A stretch of 64,000 nucleotides of DNA, taken from Camelus dromedarius. Its lineage: Eukaryota. Both the position numbers and the translations under genes were made by a program. The stretch is from NCBI RefSeq assembly GCF_036321535.1, contig NC_087437.1, positions 59,336,001 to 59,400,000 on the forward strand, given 5' to 3'. The number at the start of each line of letters is the position of its first letter. Positions within the stretch are counted from its first letter, which is position 1. Shown one piece after another: positions 1 through 13,540 of this stretch. The notes under the pieces are model-generated. The model saw only the letters and a list, made by a program, of their open reading frames with translations. It did no database searches and was not told the DNA's origin.

Positions 1-341
1 TGAGTTTCAGAACCCTAATGTCAAACTAACAATGAATGACTAAGATTCCCATTTTATAGAGAAGAAAGATGAGTTTCACAACTTCATAAGAGGAAGAGAT
101 TTGTCGAACTGTCATTCTGACCAACCCCAGCCCTCTTTTGCATTTCTTCTGCTGCTTCCACAAAAGATTACAGGACACGTGTTCAGGAAGACTTCACCTT
201 AAGAAATAAACATGCCACAGCACTTGCTGCCTTTCCTATAAAAAGTACCATTAAAAGTACTTTATAATGTTGGCCTAACAAGCTCTCTCCTTCCTTTAGC
301 TCCTCCTAGGTCATCTTGTCCCTGTTTAGCTTGAACCACAT

Positions 342-343
<2 letters not shown>

Positions 344-393
<50 letters not shown>
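344..393. repeat. (GT)n microsatellite
   Basis: Uninterrupted GT run of 50 bp. Confidence 0.98.
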
Positions 394-395
<2 letters not shown>

Positions 396-659
396 TGGAA
401 CAGGAACAGGAGGAGAGCTGTGAGTCAGACGTCTAGAAATCAGAGTCCAGGGGCCACCACTGACTTCATCTCTGTTGCTAAGCAAAGCACGTAATCTTTT
501 CTGTCTCTGCCACGAGACAGAAAGCAGGGACCGGCATTCTTCTCAGGCCACGGTGCCCTAGGATACAGTGGATCACATGCCTGTGAATATTGTTTACCAA
601 CTCGCTGGGTAGATCACAGGACCCCTGCTCAGAGAAGTGCTCACTGCTGGCATATAGCC

Positions 660-825
660 AGTCATGTGCTAGTGAACGAGTCCTCCTGGAGAAAAAAAGA
701 GAAAAAAGCACTTATTTGTAGCACCTGCCAATTTCGTGGTGTAAATACTCCCACCACGGCCATTTTCAAGCCACTGACAGTTTAGGCAGCTCACAAAACC
801 CCTGAAAATTTAGCAATCTGCTCTA
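660..825 (-). mobile_element. MER63-like hAT DNA transposon relic
   Basis: atttgtagcacctgccaatttcgtggtgtaaatactcccaccacggccattttcaagc matches the reverse complement of the recalled MER63 core. Confidence 0.7.
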
Positions 826-1099
826 ATGATTTTAGTAGGTCCATTGCTTCTAGTAGGTCCTCATGTAGACGGGGAAGGGAGAAATACAAGCAGCCGTTTA
901 AATGGTGGTTTTAGGCTGTTATAGGGAATTTTCATGTGTTTAGATATAATGATGTCACTTCTGATGAGAAAAGAGCAATTGTACTGGACCTGGGAAAACT
1001 AAGTCAAATCTTAGCCTTCTTAGAAGTAATGTATTTATTTCTTTGAATTTCAATTCTAATAGGAATAATATTACCTACTTCACAGGATGGTTGATTATC

Positions 1100-1316
1100 T
1101 AACAAACACTTGTATAGCACTTACTATCTGCTAAGCATTAAGTACTTTACACATTTGTTTATTTAATCTTTATAACAACACTGTAGGGTACGTACTATTT
1201 CAGTTTAGAGGTGTGAAAAGACCAAGGCATAGAGAAGTTAACTAAGTTCTCTAAGGTCATACATCTAGCAAGTAATAGTGCCAGGATTTGAACCTGGCTC
1301 CAAAGTCTGGGCTTTC
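1100..1316 (-). mobile_element. MIR SINE
   Basis: Reverse MIR core: aggcatagagaagttaactaagttctctaaggtcatacatctagcaagt...ggatttgaacc. Confidence 0.8.
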
Positions 1317-1349
1317 AGTCTTTAGGGCCCCCAGTCAGAATCAGCTAAC

Positions 1350-1506
1350 TGATTTTACAGAGTTTGTTGGAACATAGCCGTACTCATTCATTTACGTGTT
1401 GCCTATGACTGCAGAGCAGAGTAGTTGTAACAGAGACCATATGACCAAGAAGCTCAAAATATTTATAATACTTGGTCCTTTACCAAAAAAGTTGGCTTAC
1501 CCCTGC
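1350..1506. mobile_element. MER58A-like hAT MITE
   Basis: ttggaacatagccgtactcattcatttacgt...agttgtaacagagaccatatg...aaaaaagttggcttacccctg terminus. Confidence 0.75.
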
Positions 1507-3291
1507 TCTGTGGTATCCTGCCTGTTTGTAAGGGGTGAGACAATGGTTATTATTAAGAGCCTAGTAGTGCCCAGGGACCATACCCTGACATTTGTCCTAA
1601 AACAGTTGTGCCAGTGAAATAGCACTAAGGTGTAAACTTCAGTAAAAATGATCCACCAAAATATGTATTAATAGACACAGATATCTGACTTCATGGGCCC
1701 CAACATCTCAGGGTTGGAGTCAATTCATAGATTGCTCATCCCAGCCTTAACTTTCCACTTGGGGATATCGTATTGGGTTTTTGAAGTTAATCCTGTAAAT
1801 TCCTCATGATTATCCTTTTGAGTTCTGCAAAATGACTTCTCTATATAGTTGTGGGCTTTTTACACAGCAGAGCAAAGGCACCTCCTGGATGGAACCCAGG
1901 CATCAGGCTCATATCTCCACACGTGTCATTCTGTCTCCGAGGCAACTCCTCCTCCACGTGGCTGTTTCAGGTGCCAAGCAGAGAAACTCCTGAAAGCCTA
2001 TTATTCACTGGCCTCTTAAATAGTCGTTAAAAACTTCCCCTGACCTTTGCAGCTACTTCCTGTGAGCCTCTCCAGGACTGCGAGTCACTCATGACCTATT
2101 TTCAGAGCTGGCAGTTCTGGCTTCTAAGAGCAAAGGAGGGACAAGCCCAGCTCCAGGTGAATGTTTCCTTTAGGCTCCTAGCAACAAAACAGAATTGCTT
2201 GGTGAAGGTGAAAAGATCGTAGCTCAGATGGGCCGGTGTGATTGCCCCATGCAGACTGATAGATTTTCATCCCACCATAAACCATGGGTCAGTATCTCAA
2301 GATTGCCAGAAGGCTGTTATCAGCTGTTTGCTGAAGACAGTTGCTTCTTTATAGTAATAAAGAAAAAAAAATTTGCTCTTCTTTGTTTTTTTTTCCTCAA
2401 AAAAAAAAAAAAGCCTCACCAAAATTGGTAAATTAAGACAGTATTGACTGCATGGAAGTCCAATTGACAAAGAATTCCTTTCAGAAACATTTGAAAAGTG
2501 AGTTGATCCAAAATATGCCTCCACCACAGTTACCTGTAATCTAATCCAGTCTAGAAAGCAGAGTCCAAACAGCTTGAGGTTCTGCAAATTCCACAAGAGC
2601 TGCAGGCACAAAAAGAGCAAGGCGTTAAGATGGAGAATACCAAACACATCTCACCATTTCCACGTTGTTCTTTGTCACTAGACTCCTTAAATGTACTTAA
2701 ATAGCTCATATTGCCTGCAAAGAAAACCAAAGTGAAACCTCTTGGGGCTTTACTAAAAGTTCCCTTTATAATTTTGTAAGCTTATGTGATTTCTTTAGGA
2801 TCCCTTTAAATACATTTACGAACTTAGTTTCATTTTTAAAATATACATGAAGTTAAAGAAGTCTCAGGACCCTAAAGATCTGAAATATTCCTCCAAGGAA
2901 TACCTAATAGCTCCTTTGGGTTTCTGAAACACCTGATTTTATCTCTTCACTAGAAATTATGTCCCTACAAATAAAAATCATGCTCAGCTCCACCCTCCCT
3001 CATGCCAATTAAAATATTCCCAGACTAATTACAGGCTCCAAGAGAGAAGGTCTAGTCTTCGGCACTTTCTTACCCCCGTCATGTGGCTGTGGTAGCAGGT
3101 GGTCAATATTGTTATTGTTGCTCTGTAACCTCCTTGCAGACAGATATTTTCTCTATTTTGTTCATTCCTGTAGCCCCAGCAACTAGAACGATAAACAGTA
3201 GGTAGTAGCCATTTAATAAATACTGAATAAATTCGCCACAACATTAATAAATATAGAAGAGGGAGGTTTAGAATTCTTAACTTTTTCTTTC

Positions 3292-3534
3292 AGGTAGGCT
3301 GGAAGTCTCAGGTGGATTTCTTCTTTTCCAGGAAAGAGTCAGCTCTTCTTTTAAGACCTTTCCCCAGATTGAACCAGTTGATTATCTGGGATAATCTCCC
3401 TTCCTTAAAAGTCAACTGACTAAGAATTTTAATCATATAAAAAAATACCTTCACAGCAATATCTAGATCAATGTTTGACTGAATAACTGGGAACTGTAGT
3501 TGAGCCAAATCGGCAAATGAAAAAGACCATCACA
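3292..3534 (-). mobile_element. MLT2 (ERVL) LTR, partial
   Basis: gataatctcccttccttaaaagtcaactga...ccttcacagcaatatctagatcaatgtttgactgaataactgg...ccatcaca is the reverse complement of the MLT2 5' half. Confidence 0.85.
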
Positions 3535-4019
3535 TCCCTCAAATACCTATTTTGGAACTTTGGAAGTGACTCCTAACATATTTGCATTTATTTCCTTTTC
3601 TTATTTTGTATAAGAGGAACTAATAAAAATATTTATTTATGTATCAAGTTTCTTTAGAAATGTTCACATCCTCTCCCTTAGATATTTCAATGATAGAAAC
3701 CTAATAACATAAGCTAGGTACCAAGAAAGAATCACAGATGAAGAAACCTAAGGATAAATAACTTGTCCAATGTAAAATAGGGGGGTAAACCAGCATGTCC
3801 CTTCAAAGCCACTTCTCTTTTAACTACAACCCTGTACAAAAATTTGAAACAGAGAAAATGCTTACACAGAGTTGGTCACTTAGACATCATTTATAAAGGG
3901 AAAAATGGAGGAAGGGAAACCCTAAAGCCCAAAAATAGTAAGCAAAATTTGAATGTAATTTATAGCACATCCACATGATGGGATATTGTGCAAACATTTA
4001 ATAGTATACCTACAAAGGA

Positions 4020-5297
4020 AGGAAGTAATGAAGACTAGAGTGACAATAGCTTGAATAGAGAATAAAAAAGCATTATAGAAAACCGATGTAACAAAAACTT
4101 GATTCTTAGAAAATTCTGGTAACACTGACAAATCTTTAGCCAGATGACAAAGAATAAAAGAAGGAAGACTCAACTTAACCAAAATCAAGAATGAAAGAGC
4201 AGACATCATTACCTATATTCCAGAAATAAAAAGATGTGCAAGGGAATATTATGATAATTGTACGCCAACAAATTAGGTACCTAGACAAAATGGATACATT
4301 TTTAGAAAGATGCAAACTGTCAAAACTGACTCAAGCAGAAGCAGAAATCTAAATAGACTTATAACAAGTAGAGACTGAATTAGTAATTTTTAAAAGGCCC
4401 ACAAAGAAAAGCCTAGGACCAGATGACTTCACTGATGAAATCTACAAACAATAAAGAAGAATACCAGTTCTTCACAAACTCTTCCAAAAAATAAAACAGG
4501 AGGAAACATTTCCCAACTCATTCTGTGAGGCCAGGATTAATCTGATAACCAAAACCAGACAGACATTGCAAGAAAATTACAGACCAATATCCCTTATAAA
4601 TATAGACACAGATATCCTTAACATACTTAACAATCAAGTCCAGTAACATGGAAAAAGGATTTTACACCATGACCAAGTAGGATTTATCCCAGGAAAGTAA
4701 AGGTTGATCTTACATATAAAAATCAATAAATGTGATATACTACGTTAAAAGAATAAAAGACAAAAACCACATGATCTCAACAGACGGAAAAGAAGTATTT
4801 GACAAAATTCAATGTGCTTTCATGATAAAAACATTCATGGCAAAGTTCATAGCAGCATTATTCACAATAACCAAGAAGTGGAAACAATCCAAATGTCTAT
4901 CAACTGATGAATGAGTATATAATGGAATATTATTTGGCAATAAAAAGAATGAAACATGGATGAGCCTTGAAATCATAATGGTAAGTAAAAGAAGGCAGTC
5001 ACAAAAAGCTTCATCTTGTATGATTCCATTTATATGAAATGTCCAGAATAGGCAAATCCACAGAGACAGCAAGTGGTCCAGAGTTTGCCAGGGACTCGGG
5101 AAGGGGGTCCCAGGAGGATAAAGAGGGAGTAACTGCCAATGTGTACAGAGTTTCCTTTTGGGGTAATGAAAATATTCTGAAATTAGTGATGATGGTTGTA
5201 CAACTCTGTGTATATGCCATAAGCCATTGACTTGTATACTTTAAAAGGGTGATTTTTATGGTATGGGAATAATACCTCAATAAAGTTATTTTTTTAA
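4020..5297 (+). mobile_element. L1MB-type LINE-1: decayed ORF2 segment joined to the 3' UTR
   Basis: ORF2 motifs (ttcccaactcattctgtgaggccagg, taccatgaccaagtaggatttatcccagg) jump at ~4830 to an L1MB 3' end ending ctcaataaagttattttt; degenerate TSD-like flanks atagtatacctacaaag/atagtgtatttacaaag. Confidence 0.9.
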
Positions 5298-5950
5298 ATA
5301 GTGTATTTACAAAGAGTGTTAAATAACATAATAAGGGATCCAGGCCATTGTTTAGTTGTGCCTTTACTTAAATCATATTCCTCCAGGTACCAGAACTCAA
5401 TTCTTTAATCAGATTAGACGACCAGAAGGCCCCAAATAGAATTACATTAATCCAGTGCCTCACAGAATCACCCTAATGGAGTTTCGTCTGAATATTTTCC
5501 CAATAGTTTTTATCTAAGTTGCTGTCATAAATAGCCATATGGAAGTTACTTCTGTGTTTTTTGTGCAAATACTGAGAATATTGCCCATCTCATCATCAGG
5601 TCACTCACTGCTCCCTGTATTATAAAATACTTTATGAAAATTATATCTTGTAATTATTTTTAGAAAAGCAATGTCCCTTGGGAATTAACCTTTTTAATAA
5701 CCAAAATTATACAACTGATAGTGATTTCTTGGAGAAAGCTCAGTTGAACCCAGTAGCAATTATGTTGATTGAAATGATTAACATATTTCTATCTCCTTTT
5801 TTTTCTTTCTGTTTTTCTTCTTCTATTCATAATTTTCTATTTTATGGCATGGAATTTTGGCGTAAGTCACTTCAAATCCCAATATTCATTTGAAAGATTG
5901 GTCCAGGATTTTGGACCAAGGTTCAATATTTAATTGTGCCATATGTTAGA

Positions 5951-6160
5951 TCAAGGTTTCTCTACATCAGCACAACTGACATTTTGAGCAGGATAATTCT
6001 TTGGTTGGGGGCTGGGGGGGATGTCCTGTGTGTTGTAGGATATTTAGCAGCGTCTTGGCCTCCACCCTCTAGATGCTGGTAGCAGCCTCCCAGTTTAACA
6101 ACCAGAAATGTATTCAGACTTTGCCAAATGTCCCCTGGAGGGCAAAATTGCCCCTGATTA
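5951..6160 (+). mobile_element. MER20 hAT-Charlie MITE
   Basis: ctgacattttgagcaggataattcttt...gtaggatatttagcagc...gccaaatgtcccctggagggcaaaattgccc. Confidence 0.85.
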
Positions 6161-6240
6161 AATCTTAAATCATTATTGAAAAACTGACCCCCACCAGTCT
6201 TTCCAATAACTCTTAAGAAGCATCAAAAATTCATCACTCT

Positions 6241-6294
6241 AGATGGATAGGTAGGGAGGTGGGTGGATGGATGGATGAATGGATGGATGGATAG
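6241..6294. repeat. Imperfect (TGGA)n tetranucleotide repeat
   Basis: ggatggatggatgaatggatggatggatag. Confidence 0.85.
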
Positions 6295-6649
6295 ATTCAT
6301 ACTTTGCTCACTTGAGATGAATCAAGGACTCTCTGAACTGGACGTCAGTCCCTGAAGCTGAGCTACTTTCTCATTTCACACACAAAAAAGAATATTCTGA
6401 TCTATTATTTTACTTGAGCCCAACAATTTAGTAAAAAGGAAATTATTATCATTCAAAACTTCAGATGAGGAAACTTAGGAGGGAATGTGATCAACTTTGG
6501 GGCTAAACTCCAAACTCAGTGCTGTTCCTCTCCCTGCCAGAAGTTCCTTCCCTCTCTCTCTCCCTAGATGCACGAGATGCATGTCCTAAAGTGCCAACAA
6601 CTTAAAACGGTGTTTAATTCAGTCAATACCTAGAAAATGGATTACTCCT

Positions 6650-7280
6650 TCCCAGATTACATTGTACTTTAATCTAATGAAAACTCACAAATTTCCATTA
6701 GATCTAACTTCCTGTTTACAGGCAATGCAGGAGATAGAGGAATGAGTTAGACACTAGTAGGAAATAATCATTCAAATCCAAAAGTGGGGGCATTCCATAA
6801 GACAACCAGTCTGAACTCTTCCAAAATGTAGTATCTTAAAAATAAACAACCCAAAAGCAAAACCGTGGAGAAACTATTTTAGAGTAAAATAGACCCCCCA
6901 ACATGATAAATAATCAAATGCAATATGGGAACCTTGATGGGAATCCTGGTAGTATGTAAAAGGATTCTTAGAGTGAAGGGAATTTTGAATTTCGTTTGGA
7001 TCAGTTTTAGTTTTCGTAGATATGGTAATGGCACTGTGGTATAATAAGAGATTGTCCATATTCTTAAGAGACATCTTGCAGAATGTATTTTGGGATAAAG
7101 TACCATGATACCTGCAACTTTCAAATAGGTCAACAACAACAAGAAGATAAATAGATAAAATAAATACAGTAAAATATTAACATTTTAAAAAGTTTAAATG
7201 GAAGATGTGAAGGCATTTGTTGGACTATTCTTTCAATTTCTCTGAATGTATGGAACACTTTCATATTTCATAGGAAGTTG
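6650..7280 (+). mobile_element. Old L1 (L1MC/L1ME-type) 3' fragment
   Basis: ctagatctaacttcctgtttacagg...accatgatacctgcaactttcaaataggtc...actattctttcaatttctctg, typical of old L1M 3' ends. Confidence 0.65.
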
Positions 7281-9602
7281 AGGGGAAATTAACAAGCCTC
7301 CTTAATACACTGATTCTTAGAGTAGCCCAGAGATCACTTTGGGTGGGTGGGTGAGGGGTCTGTGGTTATGCTTCTCGGGCCCCATGAACTCCTTACAGCT
7401 GGGAGCACCAACCTGTGTGCAAACGTAGCTCTACCTTTCTATGTAGTTCTTATCCAGTTTTTTCAAGGAGGTCCCCTGACTTCAGAAGGGCTGAGGCCTA
7501 GAGGCTTGTCTGAAGACTTTAGGTCTGATGGCTGCAGATATGAGATTTTTGAACTACAAGACATTTCCCCATGGCTCAAGCCACATGTTGGAGACGGGTG
7601 CCTAAAGGTCACAGGACCTTAGAACTGAAAGAAAGGGGCCTTAGGAATGATTTAATTCAACCCTGGAGATGGAAGCTCTGAACTAGGCCTTGTCCAAGGG
7701 GAGTAAATTAACTTAATGGTAGAGGAGCAAAGTCCAAATCTGACTCCCGGGATTCCATTCTGCTTATTCAAAGAACCAACTTGTCTGTTCAGTCAGTTGA
7801 CCTCTTCTAGTTCTGTGTAGACTAGAAAAGGCAAAACCGTCCTTCTGCAGGCTACAAAGCCTACCTGATCTGCTTCCCTGCCCGCTTCCTCCTGTGCTAT
7901 CCCCTCCTACCATCCTATCCAGGTTCACAGCTTACCTGCCACATGGTCCCTTTGGGCTTCTTCTGGTACAGCCGGCACACACGACCTTAGGGCCTTTGCT
8001 CTGCTCATCCTTCCTGCAGTGCGCTTCCTCCAAACATTTGCTTGGCAAACTGCCTCACTTTCTCGCTTCTGCTCTGGTCTCTCTATGAGGCCATCTGTTT
8101 AATACTGCAACTCCCTCCACCAGCAATCTCAACAATACGTGGTCCCACTGTTTATTTTTTCCTTATCACCTGTGACCTTCAAACACTCTAATAAATTTTC
8201 TTACTTAGTGTGAGGATTTGCCCATGGTCCTTCCAGGATTTGATCTTGACCTTGTTTCCATACCTGTGGCTTGAGAAGTTCCAATCTCCCATTTTTAAAC
8301 TTCGGAAGGAGACTTTAACCTAGTATTTATGGAGACAGGTTCACTCTCATCTACAAGTGTGAATTTGGGTATTCATACTAAACTCATTTAGTAATGAGTA
8401 ATTTCACCAAAAATTTAGTAATTTCACCAGAAATTGAGGCTAAGCTTCAGAGAGCAAAAAATGTTAGTGTGGCAACTAAACGCTCTGTGTTTTGCTAGTA
8501 ATTTTCATTGTAAACATGCATGTATTATCTCACCATGACCTCAAGTTTTAGATGAACAAATTAACTGACTGGTAAAGGGATTTTGACAAAAAAAAGACAG
8601 GCAAAATATGGTCAGGTTTTCTTTCTCTATCCCTGGCATTTTGCACTTTCAGAGAGTTTTCCCAGAGTACAAAATCCTGCTCTTTTCTGTGGTCAAATCT
8701 CATCCTTTTTTTTCGATGCAGAGTTATTTGAATCATCTCTGGCCTCCATTCATCACGACACATCATCACCTCTGCTCACATATTTCTGGATTGCCAGACA
8801 TAAGGAAAAAAGTTTAATGAAAGCTTCCTTTAAAAAAAAAAACTTTCTTTTTTTATGGTTGTTGTTGCCATGATTCATTGAAGAATTATTTAGTGAATGA
8901 CTAAATGTTTAGTAACTTAGAATGTGCCAAGCACCAGGGAGACAATAGTATAAAAACACTGCTCCTGTTCCAAGGAGCTCATAGTCTAGTCTAGGAAAAC
9001 AGAAATAAGAAACCAGAAAATTGAAATACAGAAAGAGAGCCATAACAAAGGAAGTAAGTACAGATTGACTTTCAGTAGGAAACACCATGGGTACAAATTT
9101 CCAAAATAAGAAACAAGAACTAGAACAAACAAATCCATAAAGCCTATGAACAGTTTGCATATTTCCTGTGAGTTACTTTTGATTCATTTTAATAGGGTTG
9201 TGCTTATCCTGAAGGTAGAATCTGTTATCCTACCTTTTTTTACTCAAGGTAAGAACATAAGCACTTCTCCCATATTATTAAAAATTTGTTGTAAGCATTG
9301 TTTTAGTCATATGAATTAGCTAGAATTTGCTAACCCTGTTCCTCACTGCTTATCATTTACATTGCCTATTGGTTTTGTTCATATTAATTCATTCATTCTG
9401 TATTTATTGAACAAGAGTTTAATAAACTCCTTTCAGGAGTCAGACACTGGGCTGGGTTTGAGGATATAACAGTCTAGTAAGTCTAGACTTCCAGGAACTC
9501 AAAAGGTGGAAGAAAAGTAACTGGGAAGCAGACATCCACAATTAAAACAAGGTGACAAAAGGAGGCACAAGGGGTTACCATAGCCCAAAGAGGAACGTTT
9601 GG

Positions 9603-9965
9603 ACCAAGAAGTACCACAGACTGGGTAACAAACAACAGACATGTATTTTCTCATAGTTCTGGAGGCTAAAACTCCAAGATGAAGGTGTCAGCAGGTTTGG
9701 TTTCTTCTGAGTTCTCTCTCCTTGTCTTGCAGTTGGCCGTCATGCGGCCTTTCCTCTGTGTGTGTGCACCTCCAGTGTCTGTGCATCCTAGTTTCCTCTT
9801 CTTAGAAGGACACCAGTCATATGGGGTGATCATACCCTAAGGGCCTCGTTTTAACTGAATCATCTCTTTAAAGGCCCTATCTCCAAACACAGTCACAGTC
9901 TGAGGCTTTGGGTGAGGTCAGGGCCTTAACACGTGAATTTTGAGGAGACGCAATTTAACCAAAAG
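9603..9965 (-). mobile_element. MLT1A-type MaLR solo LTR nested in L2 remnants
   Basis: taccacagactgggt...ttctcatagttctggaggcta...ggccctatctccaaacacagtcacagtctgagg. Confidence 0.85.
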
Positions 9966-10702
9966 ATTTAGTGACAGAAAATGTTTCTGGAAGGAAGTGA
10001 CACTTAGCTCACTCTAGAAGGATGGTAAAGAATGAAAAGTGAAAGGCGATAGAAATATATATAAAGGCCTAGGGAAATGAAAGAGGATGCAGCATGTTTA
10101 GAGGAACTATAAGTATTTCAGTATGACTGCTGAAAGGAGGGAAGAGAGAAATGAGGAGAACAGAGGCAATTACAAAGAATTCTGGAGCATATAAAGCTTT
10201 ATCCATATTTCTGATTATTTCACTGAGATTGACTTCAGTGGGATGATTTGGGCAGAGGATGGGTTCTCCCCACACCAAGCCCCACTCTTTCCCCATGTTT
10301 TCTGTATTGATACTTAGCCAGTCATTGAAGTCTCCTGTGGGTGCTGGTCTCCCTAGAGACCTCCCAGGCCTCTCTCTAGAGACTGGCCACTTGTTTCAGG
10401 AAACACACCATCCGTTTTCAGGAGCCCGCCATCTCTCCAGGGAGCCATGTGTTTACTTCTCTGCCCTCTTTGCTCTTGGTGCCACTACTGTCTCTCCAAA
10501 CTTGCATGGAAGACTGGGGCTCCTAGGTTTCCAGTTCACCCTCAGAAGCATCAGGTATGCTGTTTGAATGGAGCACAAACGAATTAAACACCATGGATTT
10601 CCTTCCTCAGTGACCTCTCTCTTGAGCTAGATTGTCAATTGCTTGTGTTTCATCTCCTTGAATCATCACAGCCTGGCACTACCATTTAAAATAAGGAAAG
10701 AT

Positions 10703-10860
10703 GTAGGGGGGCATAGTTCAGTGGTAGAGTGCCTGTTCAGCATGCACAAGGGCCCAGGTTCAATACCCAGTGCCTCCATTAATAAACAAACAAACAAACC
10801 TAATTACACCCCCCTAAAATTTAAATAAATAAATACAAATTAAAAAAAACATTGAATATA
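10703..10860 (+). mobile_element. tRNA-Ala-derived camelid SINE (Vic-1-like)
   Basis: A-box tagttcagtggtagag, B-box ggttcaatacc, tail aaacctaattacaccccc plus A-rich end; degenerate TSD aaaataaggaaagat/aaaacagggaaagat. Confidence 0.9.
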
Positions 10861-11936
10861 AAAACAGGGAAAGATCGTTGGTAAGTCTTTGCTTCTCAAG
10901 GCCTCGGTTTCCCCATCTGTAAAATGTGGGGCATGATATTTTTGGAGTCTCTGATTACATCAAGCACACTAACATCTTTGCAGAGTGCTTTAAAGTGTTT
11001 GAAATACTTTTAACAAATTGGATCTTATTTAATACAAAAATGCCTGATAAATATTTGCTGACAAGAGTGACATACAGTGATGATTCTGTGTAAACTTAAA
11101 AGAGCCTACTTAATGTCAAAGTTGCCTCTAATCATTAAGTCTGAGAGCCAATTAGAGGTTTTTAAATGACTATCAATCACTATGTTAGAATTAATTTAAT
11201 TCCTAAATTTAATTTCCAACTATTGTCCGACCTGAAGAAAGTGGACTAAGCACGGTTGTCAGCTTAAAAAAAGGAGGAGGCGGCGCCTCCTCGGTGCAGC
11301 ACTCTTCTGCTATGTTGTGGAAATAGTGCTTTATTTGAAAAAAATGTTTTTGCAGGTGTTTATTTCTATGTAAGTTGATTGGCCTGCATTCAGCACGTTC
11401 ATTATTCAGCCTTGGTTTTGTCATTCTATTTTACTTTATATGAAACTCTATTTCAAGATGCAGCTCTTCTCAGAGAAGCGCCTGCCTGGTCTCCCACAGC
11501 CTGTCTGAACAGAAGGTGTGCCGCACGCACCTGCCTAGGGCCAGCTCCAGCCTGAGTCTGGCCAGGTGATGCTCCACCCCGTCGGGGTGCCCTCTGGGTA
11601 AACATGAGCTCTCCTGGGCTGCTGCCACCACCGAGGGTTCCAGTTTCCCTGTCGCTGTATCCCTGATGCTGGTGCTAAGGACAATGAACTTTTAAAAACA
11701 ACCTTCCCTTTATTCTCTAATCTGGTAGCACAACAAAGCTTGAGACAGGAACCAATCTAGTGGTAGAGAGTGCATCTAAATCAAATAAACATTGAACTTG
11801 ACTTTCTCTGACACTGCTTCCCAGAATCTCCTGAAAGGTGCAAAGATCTTTGGGACAGGCTGTTTTGGAGAGCCTGGCTGAGGATGCTATTGCAGGGTCT
11901 GAGGTGCAACATTTAAGGGGGCATAAAGAAAGGGGG

Positions 11937-12274
11937 ACTACCTCACACCTGTTAGAATGGATGGCTATTATCAGAAAGACAACAAATAATAAGTGTTGAT
12001 AAGAATGTGGAGAAAAGGGAACCCTCATACACTGTTGGTGAGATTGTAAATTGGTGTAGCCATTATGGAGAACAGTATGGAGGCTCCTCAAAAAATTAAA
12101 AGCAGAACTCCGTATGATCCAGTAATTCCAATTCCGGGTATTTCTCCAAAAAAACAAAAACACTAATTTGAAAAGATATATGCACCCCTATACTCATTGC
12201 AGCATAATTTTCAATTGCCAAGATATGGAAGAGACCTAAGTGCCTGTTGATAGATGAATGGATAAAGAAGATAT

Positions 12275-12305
<31 letters not shown>

Positions 12306-12768
12306 TTTACTCAGCCATAAAAGGAAGGAAATGTTGCCCCTACAACAACATGGATGGATATACAGGATATAATGCTCAGTGAAATAAATCAGAGAAAGAC
12401 AAATACCATAAGATTTCACTTATATGTGGGATTTAATAAATAAAACAGAACAGAAACAGACTCATAGATATAGAGAACAAATAAGTGGTTGCCAGAGGAG
12501 AGAGGGGTGGTGGATTGAGTAAAGGAGGTGACAGGGATTAAGAGGTACAAACTTCCAGTTACCAAATAAAGGAGTCACAGGGATGAAATGTACAGCACAG
12601 GAAATATAGTCAATAATATTGTCATAACTTTGTATGGTGACATGGTGACAGATGATAAATAGACTTATCATGGTGATCATTTTGTAATGTATAAAAATAC
12701 CAAATCACCACATTGTACACCTGAAACTAACATAGTGTTGTATGTCAATTATAATCCAATTTTTTAGA
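11937..12768 (+). mobile_element. L1MA-type LINE-1 3' end (ORF2 C-terminus + 3' UTR)
   Basis: cacacctgttagaatgg...gtggagaaaagggaaccctcatacactgttgg...ttgtacacctgaaactaa; internal (TG)n at ~12277-12297. Confidence 0.92.
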
Positions 12769-13540
12769 AAGTAAAAGGGGGAGTCCTTTTCTATTATTGC
12801 CTTCCTCCAGTCACCTACACTTGAACCTCAAAAAGCCTGAGCCAGATCATCAGCATCATTCTCTTTTCAGGGCCCTCTCAGGTAGAATTGGAGTCGAGAG
12901 AGAATTTTCAGATGTCAAGTATAAAAGGTTCATTTTACTGATGGGAAAACTGAGGCCCAGAGAAGGAAGGAGACTTTTGCCAAGGTGATATGGGGGCTGG
13001 TGGCAGAGCTAGCAATAGAACCCAGGGTCCTCTTGACATGGCTTCCCAAAGTATGGTCTTGGCCCCCCAAAACTAGCTCCTCTCCGAGTTCCTATTGCTA
13101 TCAGAAGCTCTTTTACTCCCAGTTAATGAGACTGGGAATCTGAGGGTCATTATTAACTTCTTTATCCCACATTTCCAGCTAATGAATCTTACTGAATCTT
13201 ACTTTAAAATATATTACTCTTTATTCCAGTTGCCATCACCCTGGGCAGTGCTGCTTCAGCCTTGCCTCCTGCTGGCCTCCCTGCCTCTGACCTCTCTCCA
13301 GTCCATCCAGCAGATAACTAACATATTAATCATAACTAACGGTTGTCATACACATGTGTGCCACCACTGTTTCTAAGTGCTCTACATTTGTTACCTCACT
13401 TACTCCTCATAAAACCCTTGGATTTTTTACTACCCTGATTTTAGAAATGAGAAAACAGAGACACAGAGCAGTTAAATAATATGTCTAAGATTGCACAGCT
13501 AGCAAGCGGCAGAACTGGGATTTAAAAAAACCAGATCAGC

